Position numbers and translations under genes: made by a program. From Astrobacterium formosum (lineage in GTDB: Bacteria; Pseudomonadota; Alphaproteobacteria; Rhizobiales; Xanthobacteraceae), in contig NZ_JAVDCA010000010.1 of NCBI RefSeq assembly GCF_030848545.1, positions 140,574 to 164,573 of the forward strand: a stretch of 24,000 nucleotides of DNA, given 5' to 3'. Within the stretch, counting starts at the first letter, position 1, and each line of letters opens with the position of its first letter. The notes beneath the pieces were generated by a model. It was given only the letters and a program-made list of their open reading frames with translations, was not told the origin of the DNA and made no database searches. Positions 1 to 6,876 of this stretch are shown here, one piece after another.

Positions 1-90
1 AGCGGATCGCGGGGCCTCACAACTACCGGTTTCAACTGGGGGCTGTGTTGCGGGGGCGGTAGAGTGGGTCTTTTGCACCATGATGACCAT
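1..90 (-). CDS. possible 5' end of a gene running off the left edge (hypothetical; would begin MVIMVQKTHSTAPATQPPVETGS...)
   Basis: ATG at 90 (alternative ATG at 81) follows GGGAGG (minus strand, plus coordinates 94-99). The frame stays open to position 1. It lies downstream of the FNR/FixK-type promoter at 200-239. Third-position GC looks lower than in neighbouring genes, so coding status is uncertain. Confidence 0.3.
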   Translation of the reverse strand, partial: MVIMVQKTHSTAPATQPPVETGSCEAPRSA

Positions 91-199
91 GAACCTCCCG
101 ATTGGATGGTGCATGGTTAGCGCCCGGCCCGGTCCGGGAAAATTCAGATAACCCCCATAAGGGCGTTTCCTGAGGCGCCCGGAGCCCAAACTTTAAGAG

Positions 200-239
200 A
201 AAATAAAAAACCGGGCGACTTGTCCTTGATGCAGGTCAA
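200..239 (-). promoter_or_regulatory. FNR/FixK-type (class II-like) promoter: box TTGATgcagGTCAA (226-239) plus -10-like TATTTT (minus strand, 205-200)
   Basis: The 14-mer matches TTGAY-N4-RTCAA at all 10 specified positions. On the minus strand it reads TTGACctgcATCAA, then 20 nt, then TATTTT. It sits in the only AT-rich patch of this region. The plus-strand side runs into the 3' end of mogA, so the only sensible target lies leftward. Confidence 0.55.
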
Positions 240-267
240 GTGCGAACAAATCGCGCCGCAAGCGTTG

Positions 268-288
268 ATTCCGCGACGTATTCCGCGA
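268..288. repeat. 9-bp direct repeat attccgcga x2 (268-276 and 280-288, period 12), just upstream (in the minus sense) of the FNR/FixK box
   Basis: Read directly: gATTCCGCGAcgtATTCCGCGAag. Function unknown. Confidence 0.6.
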
Positions 289-320
289 AGCTCGCCGTCT
301 GCATGCACTCGCGGGCGACC

Positions 321-857
321 TCAACCGCCGGGCCGGAAGGCGCGGCAGCGCGCCGCATCGGTCTCCATGCGCGGACCGCCGATCAAGTCCACGCAATACG
401 GTATGGCGGGAAACACGGCGTCCAGACAGACGCGAATCGAGGAAGGACGCCCGGGCAGGTTCACGATCAGGGTCCGGCCGCGGATACCGGCGGTCTGGCG
501 CGACAGGATGGCGGTCGGCACCTGTTCGAGGCTCTTCGTGCGCATCAGTTCGCCAAAACCCGGCATCATGCGGGTCGACGCCGCGACGGTGGCCTCCGGG
601 GTGAGGTCGCGCGGCGCCGGTCCGGTACCGCCCGTGGACAGGATCAGACAGCAGCCGTCGCGATCCGCGAGTTCGATGAAAGCGTCACGGACCGCCTCGA
701 GCCCGTCGGGCACGATCCGGCGCAACGACCGCCACGGCGTCGTCAATACGTCGGAGAGGAACGCCTCGATGGCGGGACCGCTCTCGTCCTCGTAGATGCC
801 GGCGCTGGCGCGGTCCGACGCGGTGACGATGCCGATGACGGCTTCTTGCGCGTTCAT
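321..857 (-). CDS. mogA: molybdopterin adenylyltransferase (MogA/MoaB family)
   Basis: 178 aa starting MNAQEAVIGIVTASDRAS. Contains the family hallmark LILSTGGTGPAPRDLTPEAT. The ATG at 857 overlaps the upstream gene's stop (ATGA). Confidence 0.9.
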   Translation of the reverse strand: MNAQEAVIGIVTASDRASAGIYEDESGPAIEAFLSDVLTTPWRSLRRIVPDGLEAVRDAFIELADRDGCCLILSTGGTGPAPRDLTPEATVAASTRMMPGFGELMRTKSLEQVPTAILSRQTAGIRGRTLIVNLPGRPSSIRVCLDAVFPAIPYCVDLIGGPRMETDAARCRAFRPGG

Positions 858-1390
858 GACACCACCTCCGCGGCCTCGGCACGCCGCGCCGCCGTCGCGG
901 CGACGCACCAGTCCACAATGGCATCGATTTCGGGTGGCAGCGCCGCCGCACAGCCGCCATGGAAGTCGGCCCAGGCAATATCGTAGGGAGGGCGCACGGC
1001 GGTGAGCACCGGGACCTCCAGTTCGACGGCACGCACCAGGGCGCCGCGCAATCCGCGGCCCTCCTCGGTTTCGGCCTTGCCGAACTTGTTGAGCACCAGC
1101 AAGTCGGCGTTCGCATCCAGCGCCTGCTCCAGGCGCGCTCCCGCATCCACCAATCCGTGCGGATCGAGCCGGCACCCATGGGCGCAGGATCCGAGCGCTT
1201 GCGAAATGCCGAATCGCGTACGCGACGCCACATCGACGAGAATCATGCTGGCGCATCCGCTGGCACCATCCGGGTTCTCCTGGACGAGACCGCATAGATG
1301 CAACCCATCCTGGCGCAGGCGACGCACGACCGCGGCCATGAGGTCGTCGATGCGAAAACCACGTTCGTACATGACCGCCGCTATGGACAC
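854..1390 (-). CDS. DUF2478-like small NTPase-like protein (often mis-annotated as a molybdenum transporter ATPase)
   Basis: 178 aa: MSIAAVMYERGFRIDDLMAAVVRRLRQDGLHLCGLVQ...LLVLNKFGKAE. The GTG start at 1390 has AGGAGG 9 nt upstream. Alternative ATG at 1372. There is a 4-nt overlap with mogA. The family assignment is from memory of DUF2478 sequences. Confidence 0.7.
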   Translation of the reverse strand: MSIAAVMYERGFRIDDLMAAVVRRLRQDGLHLCGLVQENPDGASGCASMILVDVASRTRFGISQALGSCAHGCRLDPHGLVDAGARLEQALDANADLLVLNKFGKAETEEGRGLRGALVRAVELEVPVLTAVRPPYDIAWADFHGGCAAALPPEIDAIVDWCVAATAARRAEAAEVVS

Positions 1391-1687
1391 GATGTCACAC
1401 CTCCTGCGCGGCCCGCACGGGCCGGTCCGCTAACCAGTCCGACATAATCGCCCACCGGGCCGCCATTGTCCCGACTTTGGTCAATCCCACGCGGCACTTC
1501 CAGCGACAGCCAGCGATATCCCGGCCATACGGGGCTGTATTTACCAGTCGTTAAGGATGCGCCCAAGTCTGCGTCTCGGTCTGCGCCCGCACCCCTACCC
1601 CGTTAATCACCCACTGCCGATTGCGCATCGACAATGGCGCCACCTGAGCCGGCAAATGCCGGCAAAAAGCCAAAGGGCGGCAGGATC

Positions 1688-3856
1688 ATGGAGGAGACGT
1701 ATCGCATTCTGTTCTGCGGCCGGGCAGAACAATGCCGCGCCATCGACGCGTCGATGCACGGCGACGGCACACGCTATTTCGTCACCACCGTGTTCTGGCG
1801 GCAGGCTCCCGTCGACCTGATCGGGCGCGCGGTCCGTTCGGGCGCACCTTTCGATGTCGCGGTCGTTACGGCCGAATGGCTCAAGGCGGATGCCCCGACG
1901 CTGCTGCAGCCGATGCTCGACGCCGATCCGCGCCTGCCGGTGATCCTGCAGATGGCGGACGCCGGCACCGGGCATGACCCCGTGCTGTCGGACCGGCTGA
2001 TGCTGGTTCCGCCGGACGATGCCCGCACCCGGCAGCTCGTCGTCGCCCTCGCGAGCGCCCGCCGGGCCGAGGAGGCGCGCCAGAACGCCGAGAGCCAGCT
2101 CGCCTCCTCGCATCGCGCCTACCAGCTCGTCTCGCTGGAATTCCAGCGGCAGAACCGCCGTCTGCAGGAACAGGAGGAGCGCCTGCGGGTGCAGAAGGAA
2201 CTGTTCGAGACGGCGCTCAACAACATGTCGCAGGGCCTGTGCATGTTCGATGCTTCGGGCGCGCTGGTGGTGTGCAACCGCCGCTATCTCGAAATGTACG
2301 GTCTGAGCGATGAGCTCGTCGCCCCCGGGATCGCGCTCGGCGACATCCTGGCGGAGCGGCGGCGGGTCGGCAATTTCGACGACGACCCGCAGCGATATTC
2401 CGCCGAAATGGCGGCCGCGATGGCCGAGGGCGAGCCCCACAACGTGCTGAGCACGACGGACGAGCGCACCATTCTGATCGTCAACCAGCCGATGGCGGGC
2501 GGCGGATGGGTCGCCACCCACGAGGACATCACCGAACGCTTCAAGGCCGAGGAGCAGATCCGCTACCTGGCCCGCCACGACAGCCTGACGGGATTGCCCA
2601 ATCGCGCCGCCTTCCGCGACGAGATGGAGCACGCGCTCGCCAATCTGCGCGCCGCCGACACCCTGGCGGTGCTCTGCCTCGACCTCGACTACTTCAAGAA
2701 CGTCAACGACACGCTCGGTCACCTCATCGGCGACAAGCTCCTGTGCGCCGTCACGGAACGCCTGCGCGAACGCGTCGGGCCCGGCGACACCGTCGCCCGC
2801 CTCGGCGGCGACGAGTTCGCCATCCTGTTCCCGGGCGGCGGACCAAGCCCGGCGGGGGTGCTGGCACAGCGCCTGATCGCCGGCATCAACCAGCCTTACG
2901 AAATCGACGGCCACCACGTGGTCGTCTCGGCGTCGATCGGGCTCGCCTTTTCGCCGGGCGACGGCGCAACCAGCGAGCAGCTCCTGCGCAACGCCGACAT
3001 GGCGCTCTATCGCGCCAAGTCGGCAGGCCGCTCGGCCTTCCGTTTCTTCGAAGCCGCCATGGACGCCCAGTTGCAGGCGCGCCGGCTGCTCGAACTCGAC
3101 CTGCGCAAGGCGCTCGACAACGGCGAATTCGAGCTTCTCTATCAGCCGCAGATCAATGCCGCCACCGAGGTGGTGACGGGCTGCGAAGCCCTGCTGCGCT
3201 GGCGTCATCCGGTGCGCGGCCTGGTGTCGCCGGCCGATTTCATCCCGCTCGCCGAGGAGATCGGACTGATCGTGCCGATCGGCGATTGGGTGCTGCGCAC
3301 CGCCTGTGCGGAGGCGGCCTCGTGGCCGGTGCCGATCTCGATTGCCGTCAACCTGTCGCCGGCCCAGTTCAAGAGCCGCACCCTGATCGACAGCGTCGTC
3401 GCGGCGGTGATCCAGTCGAGCCTCGAGCCGTCGCGGCTCGAGCTGGAGATCACCGAATCGGTGCTGCTGCACGACAACGAAGCCACGCTGGCGCTGCTGC
3501 ACGAACTGCGCAACTACGGGATCCGCATCTCCATGGACGATTTCGGCACCGGCTATTCGTCCCTCTCCTATCTGCGCAGCTTTCCGTTCGACAAGATCAA
3601 GATCGACCGCTCCTTCATCAACGACCTGTCCGGCCAGGGCGGCTCCAGCGCCATCATCAAGGCGGTGGCCGGGTTGGGCCGCGGCCTCGGCATCATGACC
3701 ACCGCCGAAGGGGTCGAGACGCGCGAGCAGCTGGAACTGATCCGCGCCGAAGGCTGCACCGAGGTGCAGGGCTATCTGTTCAGCCCGCCGGTTCCGGCCG
3801 CGCGGCTGATGGACATCGTCACCGGCGGATTTACGGCGACGGCGGAGGCGGCGTGA
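1688..3856 (+). CDS. c-di-GMP turnover protein: degenerate receiver-like N-terminus, coiled coil, PAS, GGDEF and EAL domains
   Basis: GGDEF motif RLGGDEFAIL is preceded by RHDSLTGLPNR. EAL motifs present: EALLRW, ELEITES, DDFGTGYSSLSYL, KIDRSF, EGVET, QGYLFS. A PAS-like segment MSQGLCMFDASGALVVCNRRYLEMYGL is also present. I prefer the start at MEETYRILF (1688); the longest ORF starts at 1634. Confidence 0.9.
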   Translation: MEETYRILFCGRAEQCRAIDASMHGDGTRYFVTTVFWRQAPVDLIGRAVRSGAPFDVAVVTAEWLKADAPTLLQPMLDADPRLPVILQMADAGTGHDPVLSDRLMLVPPDDARTRQLVVALASARRAEEARQNAESQLASSHRAYQLVSLEFQRQNRRLQEQEERLRVQKELFETALNNMSQGLCMFDASGALVVCNRRYLEMYGLSDELVAPGIALGDILAERRRVGNFDDDPQRYSAEMAAAMAEGEPHNVLSTTDERTILIVNQPMAGGGWVATHEDITERFKAEEQIRYLARHDSLTGLPNRAAFRDEMEHALANLRAADTLAVLCLDLDYFKNVNDTLGHLIGDKLLCAVTERLRERVGPGDTVARLGGDEFAILFPGGGPSPAGVLAQRLIAGINQPYEIDGHHVVVSASIGLAFSPGDGATSEQLLRNADMALYRAKSAGRSAFRFFEAAMDAQLQARRLLELDLRKALDNGEFELLYQPQINAATEVVTGCEALLRWRHPVRGLVSPADFIPLAEEIGLIVPIGDWVLRTACAEAASWPVPISIAVNLSPAQFKSRTLIDSVVAAVIQSSLEPSRLELEITESVLLHDNEATLALLHELRNYGIRISMDDFGTGYSSLSYLRSFPFDKIKIDRSFINDLSGQGGSSAIIKAVAGLGRGLGIMTTAEGVETREQLELIRAEGCTEVQGYLFSPPVPAARLMDIVTGGFTATAEAA

Positions 3857-3870
3857 ATGGCGCTCCGCCT

Positions 3871-3898
3871 GCTCCCTCCCGGCAAGCCCGGAGGGAGC
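3871..3898. terminator. GC-rich hairpin between convergent genes (candidate bidirectional terminator)
   Basis: gctccctcccggcaagcccggagggagc forms a 9-bp outer stem plus 3 more pairs after one mismatch. It lies 15 nt after the GGDEF/EAL stop and 24 nt after the crp-family stop. There is no clear U-tract. Confidence 0.5.
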
Positions 3899-3921
3899 CG
3901 CGGGGCTACGGTCCGTCGCTC

Positions 3922-4650
3922 CTACCGGGCGGTTTTCCGCAGCGTCGTCCGCGTCGTTTCGCGGTCGTCGGCGGCGAAACGGCGCAGGCGTTCCACGTCC
4001 GCGATGGCGACGTCGGCCGACTTCACCTCGACGCCAAAGCGCTTGAGCTTGGCGAAGCTGCGCGACAGCGTTTCCGGCTCGAGGCCGAGACGGCCGGCGA
4101 TCAGCCCCTTGTCGTAGGGCAGCGCCAGGGTGCATCCGCGTGCGTCCGGCGGACACAGCGACACCAGGAAATCGGCGAGCCTCTGCACGCCGGTCTGAGC
4201 CTTGAGCTGCTCGACCTGCTCGACCAGGTGATGCAGGTGGACCTGGGTCGCCGCGATCATGCTGAGCGCGATGTCGGGGGTGTCGCGGATGCACTTGATG
4301 ACGTGCGCGGCCGGGATCGATACGACGCGCGCCGGGCTCACCGCCTGCGCGGTCGCCGGATAGGGCTTGCCCGTGAAGGCGACCGCCTCGGCAAAGCTCT
4401 CGCCCTTGGTGAACACGTGGATCACCGCCTCGTCGCCCGCGAAGGTGATGCGCGACAGTTTCACCCAGCCGTCCAGGAGCGCGAAGAACGCCTGGGCGGG
4501 GTCGGCCTGACGAAACAGGATGTCGCCGTCGTCGAGCTCGATGGTGGTGGCGGGCGCGATCAGCCGCTCGACCGCCGGCGGCGCCAGGCCGCGGAAGACG
4601 TTGATGCGGCGCACGATGTCGAGATCGGCGGCACTCGCGTGCAAGGGCAT
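3922..4650 (-). CDS. Crp/Fnr-family transcription factor, FixK/Dnr-like (no N-terminal Cys cluster)
   Basis: It has a cNMP-binding-like beta-roll (GDILFRQADPAQAFFALLDGWVKL) and a C-terminal HTH (GLIAGRLGLEPETLSRSFAKLK). The HTH keeps the E-x2-SR residues that read TTGAT half-sites in Fnr-type proteins. The ATG at 4650 has AGGAA 7 nt upstream. The longest ORF extends to 4677. Confidence 0.85.
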   Translation of the reverse strand: MPLHASAADLDIVRRINVFRGLAPPAVERLIAPATTIELDDGDILFRQADPAQAFFALLDGWVKLSRITFAGDEAVIHVFTKGESFAEAVAFTGKPYPATAQAVSPARVVSIPAAHVIKCIRDTPDIALSMIAATQVHLHHLVEQVEQLKAQTGVQRLADFLVSLCPPDARGCTLALPYDKGLIAGRLGLEPETLSRSFAKLKRFGVEVKSADVAIADVERLRRFAADDRETTRTTLRKTAR

Positions 4651-4693
4651 GGGCGGTTCCTGTCGGCGCCGCCGCACCAGGGCGGGGCCGATG

Positions 4694-5452
4694 TCACTTT
4701 ACTCGTTCGTCACCGTCTGTCGACGCGCGGCGCACCGCCGCCGCGATCACGTCGGCTATGCCGGTGAACGTCCCCACATTGCCGGCGAAGACGACGTCGG
4801 CACGCACGGCCTCGCGCACCAGTTGCGGCGCGTCGTCGCCGCCGTGCAATCCCTCACCGGCGAACAGCCCAACCACCACGACCGGCCCCGAAATACGATC
4901 GAGTGCCTGCGCCAGCGAGGGAGGTTCCTCCAGGAACGCCGGGCACACGTCGTAAAACCGGCGTGTGGCCGCCAGCCGCTGCACCATGACTTCGGCGGCC
5001 TGCCGGGAGGCGGGGTCGCGCGGCGTGCCATGTGCCAGGAGGACGAGCGTGACGGCAGCGGCGGCCATGTGGGCCGAGTCCGCGGTCCGCCGCGCCTCGT
5101 CGGCGACGAGATCGACCAGGGCGGGATCGACGCCGAGCGGCGGCAGCACGTGCACGCGCCGCCGGGCCGCGGACGCTTCCTGGCCCGATTCGATGAGCTG
5201 CGGCAGGCGACGGCGGGCGAAGTAACCGTCGGAAAGGAACAAGGGATAGACCACGACCTCACCGGTCGCGAAACCCGCCAGCGTCTCGGCGATGGACGGC
5301 GTTCCCTTGATGAAGCCGATGCCGACCTCGGCGGCGAGGCCGCGACCGGCGAGGTCGACCGCCAGCCGGGCGACGCCCTCGTTGCCGGCGCCGTCGCGGC
5401 GCTCCCCATGGGCGGCGAGAAGGAGCGCAAAGGGCGGGACGGAATCTGTCAA
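4694..5452 (-). CDS. cbiX: two-module CbiX-type sirohydrochlorin chelatase
   Basis: Two repeated modules are visible: ALLLAAHGERRDG...VVVYPLFLSDGYF and LVLLAHGTPRDP...VVVVGLFAGEGLH. I chose the TTG at 5452 as start (MTDSVPPFALLLAAHG); the start is uncertain (alternative GTG at 5500, longest ORF to 5614). Confidence 0.75.
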   Translation of the reverse strand: MTDSVPPFALLLAAHGERRDGAGNEGVARLAVDLAGRGLAAEVGIGFIKGTPSIAETLAGFATGEVVVYPLFLSDGYFARRRLPQLIESGQEASAARRRVHVLPPLGVDPALVDLVADEARRTADSAHMAAAAVTLVLLAHGTPRDPASRQAAEVMVQRLAATRRFYDVCPAFLEEPPSLAQALDRISGPVVVVGLFAGEGLHGGDDAPQLVREAVRADVVFAGNVGTFTGIADVIAAAVRRASTDGDERVK

Positions 5453-5483
5453 TGACGGCTCGTAACTATGACGGCTCGTAACG
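5452..5483. repeat. tandem duplication of a 16-bp unit (atgacggctcgtaac + 1 nt) x2
   Basis: ATGACGGCTCGTAACt ATGACGGCTCGTAACg, with 15 of 16 positions identical. It overlaps the proposed cbiX start codon and leader. Confidence 0.85.
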
Positions 5484-5523
5484 CTGATCCGCCGGAACAC
5501 GGTGTCGTGAGCCCGGCACGCAC

Positions 5524-5551
5524 GGACGCGGCGGGCATGCCCGCCGCGTCC
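5524..5551 (-). terminator. perfect 28-nt GC palindrome 20 nt downstream of the cytochrome c stop (terminator or mRNA-stabilising hairpin)
   Basis: ggacgcggcgggcatgcccgccgcgtcc is self-complementary along its whole length. No U-tract follows. Confidence 0.5.
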
Positions 5552-5571
5552 GAACGCAATGGGCCAACCGC

Positions 5572-5952
5572 CTATTTCTTGCCGTCGGCCTTGAACTGGG
5601 CGAGATAGGCCCACAGAGCCTTGGCCTCGCCTTCGTTCTTGATGCCGGCGAACACCATCTTGGTGCCGGGAATCTTGGCCTTGGGATCCTTGATGTATTC
5701 GAGGAAAGTCGCTTCATCCCAGGTGATGCCGGAGTTCTTGTTGGCGGCCGAATAGCTGTAGCCCTCGACACTGCCGCTGTGACGGCCGGCGAGCCCGTTG
5801 AGCACCGGCCCGACCTTGTTCTTGGCGCCCTCGCCGACCGCATGGCACGGCGCGCATTTCTTGAAGGAGTTCGCGCCGGCGGCGAGATCCTGCGCCACGG
5901 CGGCTCCGGACGCACACACCACCACAGCGGCGGCCATCAAGATTGTCCTCAT
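5572..5952 (-). CDS. soluble class I cytochrome c (c2/c550-like), secreted
   Basis: Signal peptide MRTILMAAAVVVCASGAAVAQD, heme motif CAPCH and distal Met region PGTKMVFAG. GGAGGA lies 6 nt upstream of the ATG. Confidence 0.9.
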   Translation of the reverse strand: MRTILMAAAVVVCASGAAVAQDLAAGANSFKKCAPCHAVGEGAKNKVGPVLNGLAGRHSGSVEGYSYSAANKNSGITWDEATFLEYIKDPKAKIPGTKMVFAGIKNEGEAKALWAYLAQFKADGKK

Positions 5953-6004
5953 TCCACATCCTCCAACGGTTTTTGTTCACACTTGCCGGCGCGGTGAGGC
6001 GCCG

Positions 6005-6044
6005 CAAGGTCCAAGGTCCAGGTCCAAAGTCCAAGGTCCAAGTC
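6005..6044. repeat. microsatellite: six tandem units of CAAGGTC (7,7,6,7,7,6 nt) in the cytochrome c upstream region
   Basis: caaggtc caaggtc caggtc caaagtc caaggtc caagtc. On the minus (cytochrome c sense) strand this reads as GACCTTG-type units. It lies 53-92 nt upstream of the ATG at 5952. Confidence 0.9.
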
Positions 6045-6201
6045 ATCGTCCGGCCCGCCCGGTTGGTTCCCTGGCCGCCCACGCGGTTGCATCGCCCCGC
6101 CGCTATTTCACCGACCGCGACCGCCCGATCAAGCGGTATTCCCGCCCTTGTGGTGCTTTTCACGCCGCTCCGCGGCCCGATCCGTCGCGGGGCCGGCCAT
6201 T

Positions 6202-6753
6202 TCAGCCGCGCACCATGCGCATGAGCACATTGTCCCGGCGGACGAAATGGTGGAACAGGGCGCCCCCCACATGCAGGGCGATCAACACCAGGAGGGCTAT
6301 TCCGATGGCCCCGTGGACCGTGAACAGCCATTCCGAGAAGGCGCGGTTCTCCGGCCAGATGGGCGGCACCGGGACGACCCAGAACAGCTTCATGGGGGCC
6401 CGATAGGACGACACCCCGACCCAGCCGATCAGCGGCTGAATCACCAGCAGGCCGTAGAGCGCGCCATGGACCAGATGGGCCACCGCCCGCTGGGGCAGCG
6501 GGATGTCGGCCGGCAGCGGCGGCGCCGGGTGGGTTGCGCGCCAGAACACGCGGGCGACGACGACCGGGATGAGCACGAGCCCGAAAGAGCGGTGCAGTTC
6601 GTAGAGCGTGTCGGCGAGCGGGCCTTCCGGCCCGTTGGTCATGTAGATTCCCGCTGCCAGGAGGAACAGGACGATCGCCGCCGTCACCCAATGCAGCGCC
6701 CGCGCGGTGGCGTCATAGCCGGTCGCGCCGGCGCCGAGTGTTTGCGCCACCAT
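6202..6753 (-). CDS. cytochrome b561 family membrane protein (CybB-like)
   Basis: Four predicted TM segments carry the His pattern of the family (ALHW..., LHRSFG, HLVHGALYG, LHVGGALFHH). The ATG at 6753 has GGGGAGA upstream. The longest ORF starts at 6798. Confidence 0.8.
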   Translation of the reverse strand: MVAQTLGAGATGYDATARALHWVTAAIVLFLLAAGIYMTNGPEGPLADTLYELHRSFGLVLIPVVVARVFWRATHPAPPLPADIPLPQRAVAHLVHGALYGLLVIQPLIGWVGVSSYRAPMKLFWVVPVPPIWPENRAFSEWLFTVHGAIGIALLVLIALHVGGALFHHFVRRDNVLMRMVRG

Positions 6754-6876
6754 GGTGGTTTCTCCCCAGATCGTGCCGTGGTCCGTCACCACGGACATAG
6801 CTTTCCCCGGTCAGTTTACCGAAGGAATGCAGGAATTGGGACCCGGATAGCAGGCACTGCGGAAAAGTTGTTGCCG

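Noticed and set aside
91-199. Riboswitch or small RNA in the ~100-nt leader downstream of the FNR/FixK promoter.
   Set aside because: I checked by eye for TPP, cobalamin, SAM-II, fluoride and SRP/6S-like signatures and none fit. It is more simply a 5' UTR of the gene leaving the window. An Rfam scan of the extended region would be needed.
1391-1606. Possible molybdenum-cofactor (Moco) riboswitch in the long leader upstream of the DUF2478-mogA operon.
   Set aside because: I read the minus-strand leader and could not find the conserved elements I recall for the Moco motif (the CCGAGCC-type 5' segment, CCCGCC, and GGAAAGG near the RBS). Only a small ggccc-gtgc-gggcc hairpin sits next to the SD. 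A covariance-model scan (Rfam RF01055) would settle it.
1607-4294. Very long ORFs antisense to, or out of frame with, real genes. Examples: 1607-4294(-) 895 aa, 2506-4767(+) 753 aa, 13107-15623(+) 838 aa, 15991-17751(-) 586 aa, 6990-8474(+), 6949-8382(-), 9397-10563(-), 18907-19995(-) and 19820-20698(-).
   Set aside because: Their translations are low-complexity Arg/Ala/Gly/Pro-rich strings with no recognisable motifs. Each overlaps a gene with clear family signatures on the other strand or frame. These are the classic stop-codon-poor shadow ORFs of high-GC DNA.
6005-6044. A sigma-54 (-24/-12) promoter hidden in the TGGACC...TTGC repeats.
   Set aside because: The GG-to-GC spacing in every register is 14 nt or does not end in TTGC, rather than the required 12-nt register of TGGCAC-N5-TTGC.
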